Source: Felis catus
Lineage: Eukaryota
Assembly (NCBI RefSeq): GCF_018350175.1
Contig: NC_058368.1
Coordinates: 174,594,001-174,658,000, forward strand
Reading direction: 5' to 3'
Length of the DNA: 64,000 bases
Position numbers and translations under genes: made by a program
Shown here: positions 59,916-64,000 of the stretch, piece after piece
Position numbering within the stretch: the stretch's first letter is position 1
Layout: each line of letters opens with the position of its first letter
Notes under the pieces: model-generated
What the model was told of the DNA's origin: nothing
Database searches by the model: none
The model's input: only the letters and a program-made list of their open reading frames with translations

Positions 59916-61129
59916 GTTATACAAGTACAATCACATAGTATGCAAACTTTGGGGACTCTTTTTTTTTTCAATGAGCATAATTCTGTAAAGATTCATCCAA
60001 ATTGTTGCTTCATGATGAACTATTCACCAATAAATCATTCCTTTTTATTGCTGACTAGTATGGTATGGATTCAGCTTCATCAACCAGGAGGGAAATGCAA
60101 ATTAAAACCACAATGAAATATCAATGTTCACCTATCAGAATGCCTAAAATTAAAAAAGATAATGATAATACTAACGATGGGTGAGAACGTGGAGAAATTG
60201 GATCACTCCTAAGTTGCCAAATATAAGGTGAAATCGTAACATGGTCGTGCCATGCTGAAAAACGTTCTGGAAAACTAAACGTGCAATTATCATGCAACCC
60301 AGCAATTGTACTTGGGGGGCACTTATCCCCAAGAAGTAGGGATTTATGTTTATACAGAAGCCTCTCTACAAATGTTCATAGAAGCTTTACTCCTGATATC
60401 CAAGAACTGGAAACAACTTAAATGTCTTTTAACAGGTGAAGGATTGTGCCCATTTTATTGACAAGCAATCTGAGGCTCAGAGAAGCTGAATGTCATGTCC
60501 AACATCCACAGTTGGAAGGTAACAGAGCCAGATGAGACCCTGCTCTAAAGGCTGCCCTCGTTCTGCAGGGCAGCGCATCTATGATCCTGATGTTGGCCTT
60601 GAATCTTTATAAGAACATGCCGTGTCTTCTGAATCAAAGAACTTCAAAGATTATAAAGGATTCGTAAAATTACCTCGCCCTGAGTCCTTGGTACCTGTTA
60701 ATTAAAGCATTAGATTTATTGGAATACATTAGTCTTGAAAAGGTACGTTTTTCACACGTAGCCTCCTTTCTGTTTTCCTCTGGAGTTTCTATCTCTTTAT
60801 GTTATCTTCTTGTGTATTTGGAATTTTCCTCTCTTCCTATGTCTGTATTTTCTATTGGTCCATGATCCACTCAGGCAGGGGGTTTTTCTTCCTTGTCCAA
60901 GCACCTTTGAGCACAGAGACTAGAGTTGGTAAACATGGACTGAAAGAAAAAACAATGTTTTGTAGCATTTCTTCTGAAATGATACACTTACCCACGGGTC
61001 CTCTGTCATTCACATATACGCCACCCTTCGGCGGGCGGCAGTACGATTGACTTCCGAATGCTGGCTCTGGGGACGGCGGCCTGCAGTTAAATCCCACAAG
61101 ACACCTGCACCTGCCGAGATGAGATACCT

Positions 61130-61265
61130 TTCCTTTCCTCCTGTGCTCAGTTTCCCCGCAGCAAAATGATGCAGTGAAAGAAACCCCCGCATAGAATGAG
61201 TTGTTAGGAAGATGTAAAGCAGTTAGCCCAGTGCCTGGCACAGAAAACTATTAGCTGTTGTTATT
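61130..61265 (+). mobile_element. MIR
   Basis: CTCAGTTTCCCC...ATGTAAAGC...CAGTGCCTGGCACAG...TTAGCTGTTG. Confidence 0.65.
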
Positions 61266-61908
61266 TTTACACCAGAGAAGAGAAAGAAAAATTGGCGATG
61301 GAGTCAAGACAGACAAAGAGAAGATTCACAGAAGTAGCTTAGGGGATGCAATAAAGTAGTTTAATGAGGCAAGACTCATTAGAGGGCTCAGTAACGGCAG
61401 AGACGATCTTCAGAGACACGCAGAACAGATCTCAGAATCCCCCCGGGGGAATCATTTGTTACCTGTCTCCGGCTCAGGGCCGGCGTCTCCAGCAGGCGTT
61501 TGGGAAAATTCGCTGGTCAGGATGCCACATAGCAAACGGTAGGCGCTGGGAGATACCCATTGTGATTCCGCTTAACTAGCACAGGCGGGCGGAAGCGAGA
61601 CTGGGAGGAGCTGTTTGGTGAAGTGGTGAAGATTCAGAGCGTGAATAACTGGGGAAGGAGGCAGGTGAAGTGTCTGTGGCCAGCACAGCAAGAGCGGCCC
61701 TGGAAAGTTCACATCCACTCGGGAGCTAGGCCATAATAATGGTAATAGACAGAACACTGGTCGCTGTTAATTGAGAGCTTATTATGTGCCAACCTCTTAA
61801 AAATGTTCTCCAGCGATGCTTCCCATTCCACAGACGAGGCATCTAAGGCTAGATGAGGTTAGGGACTAATCTTGCGGCATCGGTGAGTTTCAAACACCAG
61901 ACGGTGGA

Positions 61909-62140
61909 GGGGCGCCTGGGTGGCGCAGTCGGTTAAGCGTCCGACTTCAGCCAGGTCACGATCTCGCGGTCCGTGAGTTCGAGCCCCGCGTCAGGCTCTG
62001 GGCTGATGGCTCAGAGCCTGGAGCCTGTTTCCGATTCTGTGTCTCCCTCTCTCTCTGCCCCTCGCCCGTTCGTGCTCTGTCTCTCTCTGTCCCAAAAATA
62101 AATAAACGTTGGAAAAAAAAAATTAAAAAAAAAAAAAAAC
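61909..62140 (+). mobile_element. SINEC_Fc (young subtype) in a MIR
   Basis: TSD ACACCAGACGGTGG at 61894-61907 and 62141-62154; long A tail. Confidence 0.97.
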
Positions 62141-63827
62141 ACACCAGACGGTGGGGATTCAAAGCCTGTGACTCCTGTGCTCGCAGCAGAGGGCAGAGGA
62201 GAAGGGAGAGGTCTCTGGTGCTTGTCTCCTGCATCTCAGGAAGGATGCTGAACATTTATTTCCAAGTTTGTCACTACTACTGCTTGGCAGGGAGGCTGTG
62301 GGCGCATTCTCAGTGAAAATGTGCTAATGGCAGGAGGCCTGGGGCTGTGTTCCTGGGCCCCAGGCTGTACCCCAAACCGGGAGATGCTGGAGTTTACGGG
62401 AGCTATAGAAGCGGGAACAGTGCCAATTGAATACAAACATCAGGAATAAGAATCATAAGCACTTAAATCACCCAAAGATTCGGAAGACACTTGCTGGAAG
62501 ACTCGCTGTGTCCGTTAAGGAGGCAGGACCAATGTTCTCAGATGCTCTGCGTTTAGGAACAGAGTGCTATTTTCTAAGCGACTCCACGGAGGTCATTTTA
62601 AATACAGAAACCGTGTGAGTTGGGCATGGTAGTCGCTGCTCTTTTTCTCGACCCCTTTCTTTTGGCGCTAGAAGGGTCACCACGCCCCCCAGGTGGCTGG
62701 GCTCAGTCTGGTTTACGCCCCTTGTCCTGGCTTAATCGTTGATATCCCCCTTTCCACTCCCCAGCGGATCCCAGTTTGCAGGATAAATGATATGCTCGCC
62801 CTAGGTCGCCGTGAGAAGGGGAGACCCACACAACAGGTAAGACCCAGGTTTGCTGGGACATCAGGATGGGTCCAGGGCTGACACCATTCCCATCCACTCC
62901 TTCCCCAGGACGGATTTGTGGCCAATGGGGGAGAGAAGCGCTTTGTGCGTGTGCCACTATTTTGTAAAATACATGCTTGGAGCCAGTGGTGGCTGCATAG
63001 ACTAAGTCTGCCCCAGAAGTGGGTGGAAGTGGGTCCGCACATAGAGGAAAACAGAGCTACAGAGAGGGAGAGAGAGGGAACTAACCCTGGGGACATAAGG
63101 GCCCCCTCCATCTATGCGGTCATGCCGGGAACCCTAAAGCACGCAGTGACACGAATCAGCAAGTCTGCTTTCACTTTTTAGGGGATTGAACTTGGATTTC
63201 TGCCGCTCGCCACAGAGAAAAACAAGCCTGAGAAATCTGAAAGAGAACTGACATCTTTCAAGTGTCTTCAAAGGCAAGCCCTTGTGCTGAGTACTTTACT
63301 TGGTTTATATCATTTAATCTTGGCAACAGTCACCCCAGACAGGGCTCATTAACCCCCTGGCATAACCGAAAACTCCAAAGTTCAGGCATTGATGACTTCG
63401 TCGAGGTCAAGCCGTAGCCAGGAAGGGCCTCAGCCGGTGGGCTGGTGGTGGACGCAGAGCCCGTGCCTCCTTATCACACCACGTGGATCAGTTTGGCGGG
63501 TGGGAGGCCACACCACCGTTCTCTTGATCTCCCTCTCGGCGCTGTGAGTCCCCGCCCCACAGCCCCGGACCTACACACCCACGCCATCACTTTCATCAGT
63601 GATCTTCTCTTTCTCCGTGAGGAAAGCAACCCACATCCTGACCTTGAACATATCAATGAATACCATTGATCCTCAGCATGGAATGCCACGCAAACCTAAA
63701 GCACAGGATTGCTGTGAACACGGAAATGGTGGAAAAGAAAGTACTTAGGAAACTGCAAAGTGCCATGTCTGGGGCTTGTGTTTTCATCGTTCTCTTAAAT
63801 CGGAGTCGATCTTTCCTGAACAAATTC

Positions 63828-64000
63828 TTTTTTTTTTTTAATTTTTTTTTCAACGTTTATTTATTTTTGGGACAGAGAGAGACAGAGCATGAACGGGGGA
63901 GGGGCAGAGAGAGAGGGAGACACAGAATCGGAAACAGGCTCCAGGCTCTGAGCCATCAGCCCAGAGCCTGACGCGGGGCTCGAACTCCCGGACCGCGAGA
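63828..64000 (-). mobile_element. SINEC_Fc (young subtype), cut by window end
   Basis: T tail, TTTTTGGGACAGAG, AATCGGAAACAGG. Confidence 0.96.

Larger units (their letters stand above)
58672..60443 (-). mobile_element. L1MC-like element with 5' inversion (minus-strand 3' part 58672 to about 60069; inverted plus-strand part about 60070-60443), inserted in a MIR
   Basis: L1 3' UTR on minus, then GGGAAATGCAAATTAAAACCACAATG...AACAGGTGAA on plus; flanks TTGTTCCCATTTT (58659-58671) and TTGTGCCCATTTT (60444-60456). Confidence 0.75.

Noticed and set aside
62684..62700. CTCF-like CCCCCAGGTGGCTG
   Set aside because: Two mismatches to the core consensus; too weak without ChIP data.
7222..63971. Recurrent ORFs such as GAWVAQSVKRPT... 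and ...QRETEHERGRG...
   Set aside because: These are reading frames through CAN-SINEs.

Overview
Mammalian genomic DNA from a felid (cat-like). The assignment rests on about 38 tRNA-derived CAN-SINEs, many of the young Felidae SINEC_Fc type, and a feline-type L1 3' end. I see no spliced protein-coding gene; the window looks intergenic or intronic. The one recognisable protein is a full-length, intronless NDUFA1 (complex I MWFE subunit) retrocopy on the minus strand at 12742-13142. It has a poly(A) remnant, a 17-bp target-site duplication (TSD) and an intact 70-codon ORF. The first 5.1 kb is a complex (GGAT)n satellite with a nested higher-order duplication (about 475 bp inside about 2.1 kb), and a related smaller array lies at 6.4-6.8 kb. 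The remainder is SINEs, MIR/L2/L1 relics, LTRs (MLT1, MLT2, MER21-like, MER34-like) and DNA transposons (MER58, MER82, MER44, MER45, MER103, MER5), often nested. Several TE-free blocks carry enhancer-like motif clusters. Repeat family names come from my recollection of consensus sequences, not from a search. Nearly all other ORFs in the track are repeat artefacts. I found no convincing novel multi-gene system. The best leads are the intact retrocopy of X-linked NDUFA1 and the satellite architecture.
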